Shown here: positions 28,209 to 36,899 of the stretch, one piece after another
Numbering within the stretch: position 1 is the first letter of the stretch
Layout: every line of letters starts with the position of its first letter
NCBI GenBank assembly: GCA_964364855.1
Contig: CAYINU010000004.1
Location: forward strand, 1-45,874
Direction of reading: 5' to 3'
Length of the DNA stretch: 45,874 nucleotides
From: an uncultured Candidatus Marinamargulisbacteria bacterium
GTDB taxonomy: Bacteria > Margulisbacteria > Marinamargulisbacteria > CAYINU01
Program-made: the position numbers and the translations under genes
Notes under the pieces: generated by a model
What the model was told of the DNA's origin: nothing
Database searches by the model: none
Seen by the model: the letters and a program-made list of their open reading frames with translations, nothing else

Positions 28209-29322
28209 GGGCAGTCCTCAGCACACGATCCAGTGCCTCTTCCAGCTCGGGTATAGTCGCGATTTGCCGGGCCATCAGATAGTGCTTTTTGGCCTCATCA
28301 GGATGGTGGGCTAGTTCAAAAATGAAACCCAAGTAAAAATGGGGCTGAAAAACCCGGTCATAGGGGTTGGACTCCAACAGCATATCGTACACGGGTGTTT
28401 TTTCGGTCAGTACTTTTTGAAAGGCATCGTGTGCGGCCTGAAATTCCCGCCGCTGCAAGGCCGTTTTTCCCTTGATGAGATACAATTCCTTGCTCAGTTT
28501 GCCAAAGCGTTTTTCGATCAGCGAGACAATGCGCCGGACCCGGTCGTAGCGACCCTGATCCAGCAAAAAGCGGCATAGATAGTAATAGTGGTTCACTTTC
28601 CGCACGCCTTCTCTTAGGGCTCGTACGGATTTGATGTAATAGTGCATCGCCTTTTTGTTATCCGAGAGCTGGCGGTACCGCTCGGCCATCTGCAAATACA
28701 TATAGGCATGGTCCCGCCATTGGTGGGGAGGGGTCTCGTTTTCGATCTGCTCATAAATGCGGACGTAGTTGCGTACCTTGCGGTCATGCAGTGCGTCGTG
28801 CACACCCTGATAATTGCCCCAATGGTATATGGCCGCGCCGCGGATTTGGGTACGGATGCTAAGCTCCTCTGGCGGATAGCCTGCCAATGACTCGTGAATA
28901 CGATCGATGTAGTGATATCCCTGGTCCGTGCGAAACAGTTTTTCCCGGAAGTTACACAATACGTTTTTTTCGAATCCGTCCAACGTATTTTGATAAACCG
29001 GCAACCAAAAAATGGTGCGATCCGTGTGCTTTACCAGCCGTTCCAGTTTTTTTAGCGAACGGGTTGAAATATAGTCATCGGCATCCAAAAACAACACCCA
29101 GGGCGTCTTGATTTTGGCCAATAAGGCATTCCGCGCCGCAGCAAAGTCCGCGGTCCACTTGAACGCGTGCACCGTCACTCCCCTCTCCTGCAAAAACGCT
29201 TGTGTGCCATCGGTTGACCCCGTATCGAGCACAACGATAGGCAAGCCGGATTTGAGCAAGGGTGGCAACGTGTGAGCCAAGATAAATGTTTCGTTTTTGG
29301 CCAGCATGGCAATGGTGATCAT
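28201..29322 (-). CDS. glycosyltransferase family 2 with C-terminal TPR repeats, 373 aa
   Basis: LAKNE, VLDTGSTDGT, WTADFAAARN, WVLFLDADD, RIHE, IYHWG; TPR-like helices (AYMYLQMAERY...KAMHYY, PHFYLGFIFELAHHPDEAKKHY). Confidence 0.9.
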   Translation of the reverse strand: MITIAMLAKNETFILAHTLPPLLKSGLPIVVLDTGSTDGTQAFLQERGVTVHAFKWTADFAAARNALLAKIKTPWVLFLDADDYISTRSLKKLERLVKHTDRTIFWLPVYQNTLDGFEKNVLCNFREKLFRTDQGYHYIDRIHESLAGYPPEELSIRTQIRGAAIYHWGNYQGVHDALHDRKVRNYVRIYEQIENETPPHQWRDHAYMYLQMAERYRQLSDNKKAMHYYIKSVRALREGVRKVNHYYYLCRFLLDQGRYDRVRRIVSLIEKRFGKLSKELYLIKGKTALQRREFQAAHDAFQKVLTEKTPVYDMLLESNPYDRVFQPHFYLGFIFELAHHPDEAKKHYLMARQIATIPELEEALDRVLRTAHG

Positions 29323-30296
29323 ACCGTTTCCCCCAGCGTCTGATCGGCTTGTTCGTAGTCCACTTTCTCACCGGGAATTTGATGAATTTTATGGATATCC
29401 TGCCCAACTTTGGTCATGCGCGCCAGAATGCGGTCCACGTATAGTTTAAGCTTATCGATTTGTTTTTTAATATCGGATTTGGTCAATGTCTCAACCGGCC
29501 CGCTCACCCAGTGCCGACGCGCACCTGGCTTGGGATCATCCAGCACGAAATGGATTTGGTATTCCTTGTAGTTTAGGTCATTTTGAAGCGGCATCAAAAT
29601 CTTCTGATATTGTTCGGCTTGGATATGCAGAATCGACTCCGGGCCATAGCACTCTTGCTTGGTTAGTTTCTGAACTTGTTCCATGAGGGTTTTTCGAACC
29701 TGCAAAAAGGTACGTTTTCTTCTGCGGTCCCGTCTGGAACTGGAAAAAATATCAACCAAAGCCAAATTATATTCGTTTTGGTCAAACAAGGCTTTGTTTT
29801 CAGCCAAGGCCTCGTCCAAGGCCTCTCGTTGGAGTTTGCCCAAGTCATCCGGAGTCGCGCCCAGCTTGAGCAGCAGCGTCATATCGCGACCTGCCCGCAA
29901 GGCCGCAAATTTGGCCAACAGCAAATTCATGGACCGGGAGGCCTTAAAACTTTCCTTGTATCGCTGACGAAGGGCTTCCAAATTATCCGCAAACCCGATC
30001 AGAAAAGACAAAGATCGCCATACCGCGGACGCATTGAACTTAAACGTCTCCAAAATCCCGGATGCCAGGTGGTCCTGAGCCTGGATTGTATACTGCCCCT
30101 GCTCGTCCTTATTCCAAGCCAGCCCCGCCTGCTTCATCTGCTCCATCGGGTGGATACGCGCCTGGTCTTTAAACGCGTCGAGCTGTGCCTGTTGCTCGGT
30201 TTGACTCTGTTTTTTTTCGGCCTCTGTGGGCGTAGCGCTATGCGAACGCCGGGCACCGTTGAGGTACGAAGAAGGCGAAAAAGAAAACTCGCTCAT
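29319..30296 (-). CDS. hypothetical helical protein, 325 aa
   Basis: GGGAGG RBS; Ser-rich N-terminus; ATGA overlap with the GT2 gene. Confidence 0.8.
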   Translation of the reverse strand: MSEFSFSPSSYLNGARRSHSATPTEAEKKQSQTEQQAQLDAFKDQARIHPMEQMKQAGLAWNKDEQGQYTIQAQDHLASGILETFKFNASAVWRSLSFLIGFADNLEALRQRYKESFKASRSMNLLLAKFAALRAGRDMTLLLKLGATPDDLGKLQREALDEALAENKALFDQNEYNLALVDIFSSSRRDRRRKRTFLQVRKTLMEQVQKLTKQECYGPESILHIQAEQYQKILMPLQNDLNYKEYQIHFVLDDPKPGARRHWVSGPVETLTKSDIKKQIDKLKLYVDRILARMTKVGQDIHKIHQIPGEKVDYEQADQTLGETV

Positions 30297-30317
30297 AAAC
30301 GCCCTCCCGGCGAGTCA

Positions 30318-33109
30318 TCACTCGCTTTTCTGATCACGCTCACGCTCAAGCCTGCGGAGCTCATCTGCCACTTTTTGACTGTGCTCACGTTCTTGTGCTT
30401 CCCGCCGGCGCGCAGCTTCAAAAGTCTGGGCACTTTGCCGATTCCGCCCATCTTCTTCAGCGACGGCCCGTTGCTCTGCTGCTTCCTCTTCTTTTTTTTC
30501 GGCTTCCTTCTGATCATAGCGGTCCACTTCACGCCGATACTCGGTCTGTCGGTTCCAGTTATACGCCGCTGTCATCAATTGTTCCTCAGCCACCCCTTGA
30601 CGAGAAATGTAGGTGAAGGCCGCCCCGGAAAACGCGGGGTTTTCCTGCACCTCAGGAACTTGACCGCGCCATCGTGTCTGGCTGCCGATCGGGGCTGCGG
30701 GAAACAAGTGTCCCCGCGCATCCGAATGAACATAGTAAGCGTTAAGCCGATTGGCTGAAAATGCACGGTCAAAATTGACGGATTGAATGGTACCTGTAGT
30801 CGTGTTCAACGCATATTCATCACCGTCCGGGAACGGCACGGCAACGGTCATCATGGCATTTGCATCCGTATTGCGGCCTTGTCCGTCCAAAATAGGAGGA
30901 CGTTCCGCAACCATCACAGGTGGCTGACGCCGTCCTTTGTCAAATGCATAGCCCACCCCGGTTCCGGCCATCGTCACATAGCCATCATACATAGGCATGG
31001 TGTTATCGGTAGTCAGAATGCTATGGGGAATAAAGTCCCAAGACAGATCATTAAATCCGGTTTTGGAGCCCAAAGACGCGGTATCAAACCCCAAAATAGG
31101 GGTACGCATTTTTTCCGCGCCGGAGTCCCGAGATGGACTACGAAGCAACTCGGCAATGGGTGCCAGTAGGTTTACGGCCTTGAGGCCTTTTTTTGAAATA
31201 TCCTGCATCGTTTCGGTCAGGTTCGCAAAGTTACCGTTGGCCGGAATTTTTCTGGCCTCTTCAAATACGGCGAATTGTTTTTGGTAGAGGGTTTCTAACT
31301 TACGCTTGATTTCGATGTGGTTGTTTGCCGACATATCGGTCGATTCGGAGGAAAGATCATTATAGGCATCTTGGGCGTCTTTGACTGCTTTCCCCAACCC
31401 ACGGTCATAGCCTGTTGCCGCCCCACCCAGATCCGCCAATTGCCTCTCGATTTCACGTTTTCTACTGAGCGGCGTAGACGAGCTGGCAGCTTCCTGGTTT
31501 AAGATGGATACATAGTGGTCATAAGCGGCCTTTGGCGCGGCACTCACGGTACCCAGCGCCAGCTCATCCATCATATATTTAAAGCCCGCCTTAACCGCAG
31601 CCCGTTGGAACAGCATCGCCTCCGGTCCCTCGGTATAGGAGGTACTAGCAACCCTTACAGTGACTCCGCCAGACTCTGTCTTTGTAACCGCGCCCCACCC
31701 GTAACTGTCGTTTGCTAGGGTATCAAAGGCGTTAAATGTCGTATGGGCCGTTTCAAAAAGCAGCATATTGTAAAACGAGGCCGTCGGATCGGTTTGCTTC
31801 GCCACGGTATCGTACCAGTTTTTGATGGACTCCGATTGACGGCGCGTGACTTTGAGCATCTGATCCCAGTCAGAGGCAGATGCGGTTTTGGTCATGACAC
31901 GCAAAACCGAGCCGGTGGGTACGTTCGCATAGTCGGACGCGTCCAACTCGGCCACTGATAAAGAGGATCCCGCCGGCGCCTCCAGGGGAAGATGTTTGGC
32001 AGGCCCCAATATCCGCCGATAGGCTTCCAGCACCCGCCGTTTGCTTTCTAGTAACGATTTTAGAAAATAGTAAAACTTTTCGCCATCCGGCACGCCATTG
32101 GCAATCGTGTCCGAGTCGCGGATCGCGCTCTCTAATCCTAAGTCTTTGTTTTTTACCCATTTGGACCAGGCACCAGACTGAATGATTTCAAAATAATTGG
32201 GCGCTTGGGTTTCGACGGTATCCTTCAAATAGGGATGGGCACCACCGGCACCGAAATTTTCCCAAATGTCGGGGTGAGCCGCGTCGACGACCCACGTTCC
32301 AGAAAAGGGATTGACCACGACATGTGGGATCCCAGAAACGTTATGAAAACCATCTCTGTCAAAACCAAACTTATTGTCCTTCATCAGAACGGCCTGACGA
32401 CTAATCGTGTCCATCACCTGATTGAGCTTGTTCCAATCTGCAGCCACGGCAGCCGCACCCTCAGTATCGACGGCAAATGCGGAGTTATATCCCGAAGACA
32501 CGCCAAAGTCCCACTTCGACCGATTGCTATCGGAAATCTCCAAACTGTTCCACGTGTTTAAGGTATTGTATTGGGGATTCTCGTACCCACCCGCAATACC
32601 ACGAAAAGGATTGATATTATCCAAACGGCCATAGCTGGTTCCCTCGTAGGAATACCCACCCAAGATAGGGGTTGAAGAGTGTATGGAGCTGAAACGCCCG
32701 TGCCCATAATAATTCCCGCGGCCATCGTTGCCAAAGCTCCCGTGGATGTCGTTGTCATCTGCAAAATATCGCGCAACCAAGTTCGGGATTTCCGGAAGGC
32801 CAGGAATAAAATTCCGGGCAGGTGCCGGCAATTCCGGACTGAGGTTCTCGCTGTCCGGGCGAAGCGCCAAAAAGTGCGCATCCGTCCACCATGCAAAGTT
32901 ATTTTGCAAAAAACCCTGATAATACGACCCTGTCATTCCTTTTGCAGGATCGTTGGCAATGAGAGCCACGCGTTCCGGAGAGAAAAACTTGAGCAACTCC
33001 GTCCCGAAATGGGTGGTTACCGTCGCGGCTTTAAAGGCATCCGCATTACCGGTTTCTTTTACCTGCGGCGGGGGGGGGCGATTGGAAAAAAGACGGGGCG
33101 AAGTCCCAT
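30318..33109 (-). CDS. large hypothetical protein (~930 aa if the G9 tract at 33070-33078 is G10; 892 aa from TTG 32996); frameshifted as assembled
   Basis: ATG 33109 with an AAAAGGTGG RBS reads MGLRPVFFPIAPPRRR-stop. One extra base in the tract joins it to the long frame (...PPPPQVKETGNADAFKAATVTTHFGTELLKFF). Gly/Asn/aromatic-rich body and a highly charged C-terminal helix. Confidence 0.75.
33070..33078. repeat. G9 homopolymer (C9 on the coding strand) at the frameshift site
   Basis: acctgcggc GGGGGGGGG cgattgg read directly from the sequence. Confidence 0.9.
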
Positions 33110-33143
33110 GGCTATTCCACCTTTTCTGAAGGAAGATCTCGCA

Positions 33144-33440
33144 CTAGCTAAAGTTACCCAAGCGGCTTTCTAGCTTTTTAACCATATCTAATGCTTCTGT
33201 CACGGTCGATAAGCGGGTACTTAACAAATTAACAGCGATACCAAAACCACTGGCGCCTGACAATGTCGACAAATCATACTCGTTACTATCCACTGTTACC
33301 TTGCCGCTGCCTTGGGCAAGCTTGAGCGCGGCATCTTGCAAGACGCCGATCAATGACTCGACACCTTGCGTAACCGAATTAAACAAATCAGCGTGGGTCA
33401 AAGCGGATTGACGAAATTGAATGTTTTCTGAAATTGACAT
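33144..33440 (-). CDS. small helical-hairpin protein, 98 aa (needle/inner-rod-like architecture, inferred)
   Basis: Start re-called to ATG 33440 after a very strong RBS (AGAAAGGAGG); helix, DLSTLSG turn, then C-terminal amphipathic helix LSTVTEALDMVKKLESRLGNFS. Confidence 0.75.
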   Translation of the reverse strand: MSISENIQFRQSALTHADLFNSVTQGVESLIGVLQDAALKLAQGSGKVTVDSNEYDLSTLSGASGFGIAVNLLSTRLSTVTEALDMVKKLESRLGNFS

Positions 33441-33480
33441 GTGGAGTTCCTCCTTTCTTTTAGAAATTAAAACGCCCAAC

Positions 33481-33502
33481 GGGGGAGGGCTCGCCCTCCC
33501 CC
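33481..33502 (-). terminator. intergenic GC-rich hairpin (partial terminator or mRNA-stabilising stem-loop)
   Basis: Perfect inverted repeat GGGGGAGGGC-tc-GCCCTCCCCC, 19 nt after the stop of 33522..33884; only a weak U tract follows (GTTGGGCGTTTT). Confidence 0.55.
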
Positions 33503-33521
33503 ATCGAAGCCAACGCTATGT

Positions 33522-33884
33522 CTATGAAGACATGCGTTTACCGCCTTCCTTAACGGCGTTAATCACAAGGGTAGCGGCAGATTTGCCAACTTCCAGAACA
33601 GCCGTGGCTGTCGATACTTCCAGACCGGTCTTGGAATAGAATTCCAAGTTACCTTCCTGGGATTTGTTCGTGGTCGTGTCCGTAAAAGCCGTTGCCGTCG
33701 CACTAGGGCCTTTGAGCATCTTGGCAATGGCCTCGTCGGCCGGTTCCGCCAGCTTGGCTACCAGTCCAGAGGTGGCACCGGCAAGCGTAATATCAATTTC
33801 TTTCCCCACATCACCAGTCCCTTTGGCCACGTCACCGCTTTCGAACGTCTTTCCTGATGAGTCTTTAAAATATTCAAATGGCAT
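33522..33884 (-). CDS. small Thr/Ala/Gly/Lys-rich protein, 120 aa (candidate major filament subunit, inferred)
   Basis: Start re-called to ATG 33884 after GGAGG; first gene of the minus-strand cluster; no Cys/Trp/His; C-terminal amphipathic helix TATAVLEVGKSAATLVINAVKEGGKRMSS. Confidence 0.8.
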   Translation of the reverse strand: MPFEYFKDSSGKTFESGDVAKGTGDVGKEIDITLAGATSGLVAKLAEPADEAIAKMLKGPSATATAFTDTTTNKSQEGNLEFYSKTGLEVSTATAVLEVGKSAATLVINAVKEGGKRMSS

Positions 33885-33908
33885 TTTTTCCTCCAAATTT
33901 AAGTAAGT

Positions 33909-33934
33909 AAAGTAAGCGCCTTTGTGCTTACTTT
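33909..33934 (-). promoter_or_regulatory. 5'-UTR hairpin
   Basis: AAAGTAAGC-N8-GCTTACTTT, a 9-bp inverted repeat just upstream of the RBS, next to AAGTA/AAGT direct repeats. Confidence 0.4.
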
Positions 33935-33990
33935 TGAAAAATCATTTTTTACGGTTCCACCTCCCTTGCAATTTTTATCTAACAGCAAGA

Positions 33991-34019
33991 GTATCGGCAC
34001 CCTTTTTTTAATAGATGCA
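33991..34019 (-). promoter_or_regulatory. candidate sigma-28-family promoter for the minus-strand cluster
   Basis: TGCATC-N14-TGCCGATAC; the -10 GCCGATAC is one mismatch from FliA GCCGATAA / SigD GCCGATAT. Confidence 0.5.
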
Positions 34020-34044
34020 TTGAAAAAACTAAATTGATTACACT

Positions 34045-34075
34045 TTGACAGACCTATGGCGCAAACGGCTAGAAT
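34045..34075 (+). promoter_or_regulatory. candidate sigma-70 promoter
   Basis: TTGACA-N19-TAGAAT, 12 nt before ATG 34088; the spacer is longer than optimal. Confidence 0.35.
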
Positions 34076-34087
34076 GCAAACAGCCCG

Positions 34088-34669
34088 ATGCTAAATCCCG
34101 TCGAAACCCTTGTGGACCTCTATACCGCCGAAGAATGGGACACGCTTCTGGCCGCTCTGGCCAACGTGGAAATCAGCACCGACCCCCTCCCCGTCGAAGA
34201 CTTATTGCAGATCTATGAGGATACGACCTGGACCGTGTTGCAGGAGGCCATCCTACAGGTTTTGTTGGTTCGCCTATTTGAAATCGGGCCTCAGCTCATC
34301 GACATCTACACCACGACAGACAGCTGGACCTTGCAGGGCCTGATCGTAGCGTTGTTTTGTCTGCGACCTTCCCCTCGCTTTTTTCCGTTTTTGGTCACCG
34401 AATACCTGATGACCCCACCCTTTCGCGATTTTATTAAACAAAATGCCTTCAGCGACCCCACCGCCACGTTGCTGAGCCTGGCAGACTATGTTGAAACCCG
34501 CGATCTGAATGCCCAACAAGAAGCCATCCTGATGGACGTGCTGGACACGATCCCCGAACTGATTTACGCCGAAAATGCCCCCACCTTGCGGTTTATGAAA
34601 ATTGCAGACCTGTACCATCTGGCCCGCGCCCGCCACATCAAGGCCATGCCCCGGGAGTCCCAGCCGTGA
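34088..34669 (+). CDS. hypothetical acidic helical protein, 193 aa
   Basis: Leu/Asp/Glu-rich ORF; GTGA overlap with the next gene. Confidence 0.7.
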   Translation: MLNPVETLVDLYTAEEWDTLLAALANVEISTDPLPVEDLLQIYEDTTWTVLQEAILQVLLVRLFEIGPQLIDIYTTTDSWTLQGLIVALFCLRPSPRFFPFLVTEYLMTPPFRDFIKQNAFSDPTATLLSLADYVETRDLNAQQEAILMDVLDTIPELIYAENAPTLRFMKIADLYHLARARHIKAMPRESQP

Positions 34670-35589
34670 GCCGATTAAAAGTCGGCGTCATCGGTCTGGG
34701 AAATATGGGGCGCCACCATGTGCGCATCTACAGTGAGCTGCCCAGTGTCGAGCTGGTGGCCGTTTGCGACCCCATTGCCAGGCAAGCCCAGCAATTCGCA
34801 TCCCGGTATGGCTGTCAGGCCTATACCGATACCGACACCTTTTTAAGGGCCTCGGGTGTGCAGGCCATCAGCATCACCTCCCCCACCAGCACGCATTTCG
34901 CCCTGGCCCGCTCCGCTTTGATGGCCGGCATCCATGTCTTGGTCGAAAAACCCATCAGCGAAACCGTGGCCGAAGCCGATGCGCTTATCGACTTGGCCAC
35001 TGAAAAACAGCTCACTTTGACCGTGGGCCATATCGAACGTTTCAACCCTGCCATCGTGGCGCTGCTAACACGGGTTCGCCAAGATGTTTTGGGGTCTATC
35101 ACCAGTTTGCTAGGGCGACGTGCCAGCCCGATGCCGACCCAGATCCAAGATGCCAATGTCATGATCGACTTGGCGGTGCACGACATTGACATTTTCTGTG
35201 CCCTCTTTGGCGCTGTACCCACCGAAGTGATAGGCAGCACGGGCCGGGCCCTGATTTCGGACCGCGAGGATCATGCCGAACTGTTCCTGCGCTACCCCAG
35301 CGGCAGCGCCTATTTGGCAGTCAATTGGATCACGCCCGTCAAAATCCGCACCCTGGCCGTTACCGGCAGCAAAGCCTATGCCGAAGTCAACTATATCGAC
35401 CAAACCCTCACCCTATGGAAGACGGATGGGACGGCCGAGGTCATCTCCGTCGACAGGCAGGAGCCAATCCGGCTGGAATTGGCCCATTTCGTGGACTGTG
35501 TTTTGCATCAAAAACCGCCTGCTGTTTCGGCAACAGATGGCCGAAACGCCCTGTCTATCGCCCTAAAAACGCTGGACCAGTTGGTCTGA
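34666..35589 (+). CDS. Gfo/Idh/MocA family NAD(P)-dependent oxidoreductase
   Basis: GVIGLGNMG, HVLVEKP, GHIERFNP, DLAVHDID. Confidence 0.92.
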   Translation: MSRLKVGVIGLGNMGRHHVRIYSELPSVELVAVCDPIARQAQQFASRYGCQAYTDTDTFLRASGVQAISITSPTSTHFALARSALMAGIHVLVEKPISETVAEADALIDLATEKQLTLTVGHIERFNPAIVALLTRVRQDVLGSITSLLGRRASPMPTQIQDANVMIDLAVHDIDIFCALFGAVPTEVIGSTGRALISDREDHAELFLRYPSGSAYLAVNWITPVKIRTLAVTGSKAYAEVNYIDQTLTLWKTDGTAEVISVDRQEPIRLELAHFVDCVLHQKPPAVSATDGRNALSIALKTLDQLV

Positions 35590-35599
35590 GCGCAACTGT

Positions 35600-35629
35600 T
35601 TGTCAAAGCCATTTAACGGGTGGTAAACT
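35600..35629 (+). promoter_or_regulatory. candidate sigma-70 promoter of metK
   Basis: TTGTCA-N18-TAAACT with extended -10 TGn; AAAGGA RBS before ATG 35679. Confidence 0.45.
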
Positions 35630-35678
35630 TCCGGAAGTTTGTCACTTTTTCTATCACGTTTTATCAAAGGAATAACCC

Positions 35679-36857
35679 ATGGGCTTTCTCTTTTCTTCCG
35701 AATCCGTTTCCGAAGGTCACCCGGACAAGCTATGTGACCAGATATCAGATGCTATTTTAGATGCCGCTGTCGCACAGGACCCCAATGCCCGCGTGGCCGC
35801 TGAATGTTTTGCCACTACCGGGTTGGTGGTGATCGGCGGGGAAATTACGTCCACCGCTTCTTTGGACATCCAGAGCATTGCGCGAAACACCATCAAGGAA
35901 ATTGGCTACACGTCTTCGGACTATGGTCTGGACGGTGAGAGCTGCGCAGTCTTGGTTACGGTTCACGAACAGTCTCCCGACATCGCACAAGGCGTCAACA
36001 AAGGCGAAGGTATCGACAAGGAACTGGGTGCGGGTGATCAGGGCATTATGTTCGGCTATGCGTGCCGCCAGACACCTGAATTGATGCCCATGCCGATCTC
36101 GATCGCCCACAAATTGGTTCGCGGCCTGTCTGAGCTTCGGCACGCCAAAACCATTCCCTACCTGAGACCCGATGCCAAATCGCAAGTCACCGTTCAGTAT
36201 GAGGACACCGTCCCCGTTCGGGTGGACACCGTGGTCATTTCGACCCAACACGACCCCGATGTTGCACACGAACGGATCATAAAAGACGTGATTGAGCAAG
36301 TCATTCGACCGGTTATCCCTGCCCAATACTTGGATGCGAATACGCGCTACTTGATCAATCCGACCGGGCGATTTGTGATCGGTGGGCCTCACGGTGATAC
36401 CGGTCTGACGGGCCGAAAAATCATCATCGATACCTATGGGGGATGGGGCCGCCACGGCGGCGGCGCATTTTCGGGGAAAGACTGTACCAAGGTAGACCGC
36501 AGTGCCTGCTATATGGCCCGCTACATCGCCAAAAATATTGTTGCCGCACAATTGGCCGATGAAGTCGAAATCCAATTGGCCTATGCCATTGGCGTTTCCA
36601 AGCCTGTTTCTATTCGCGTTGACACCCGCCAAACCGCAAAGATTCCGGAAGAAGATCTTGTTAAATTGATTTGGGATGTATTTGACCTCACTCCAGAAGG
36701 GATTATCAAAACCTTGGTTCTGCGTGAACCAGTGTATAGAAAAACGGCCGCATATGGCCACTTTGGACGAACAGATGTTGCTTTGAGCTGGGAACAAGTT
36801 AATCAGGTCGACGCCCTCCTAAAAAGAGTGCCCGTCCTTGCGCGGCGTACCGCCTAA
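35679..36857 (+). CDS. metK: S-adenosylmethionine synthetase
   Basis: [32 protein letters not shown] signatures. Confidence 0.98.
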   Translation: MGFLFSSESVSEGHPDKLCDQISDAILDAAVAQDPNARVAAECFATTGLVVIGGEITSTASLDIQSIARNTIKEIGYTSSDYGLDGESCAVLVTVHEQSPDIAQGVNKGEGIDKELGAGDQGIMFGYACRQTPELMPMPISIAHKLVRGLSELRHAKTIPYLRPDAKSQVTVQYEDTVPVRVDTVVISTQHDPDVAHERIIKDVIEQVIRPVIPAQYLDANTRYLINPTGRFVIGGPHGDTGLTGRKIIIDTYGGWGRHGGGAFSGKDCTKVDRSACYMARYIAKNIVAAQLADEVEIQLAYAIGVSKPVSIRVDTRQTAKIPEEDLVKLIWDVFDLTPEGIIKTLVLREPVYRKTAAYGHFGRTDVALSWEQVNQVDALLKRVPVLARRTA

Positions 36858-36899
36858 TACTCACCGTTCCTAGCACCGGCACACCGTCCGTCCGGAAAG

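Noticed and set aside
30293-30532. 79-aa Lys-rich ORF with an ATGA overlap
   Set aside because: Alternate frame of the charged tail of the 30318 gene; the downstream gene has its own RBS.
29676-30758. 360-aa plus-strand ORF (and similar ones at 11790, 13216, 13398, 16959)
   Set aside because: Antisense shadows of long, RBS-supported, coupled minus-strand genes.
35590-35678. SAM riboswitch upstream of metK
   Set aside because: The intergenic region is only 89 nt and largely occupied by a promoter-like element; no S-box core seen.
35757-36797. 346-aa minus-strand ORF
   Set aside because: Antisense shadow of metK with no recognisable motifs.
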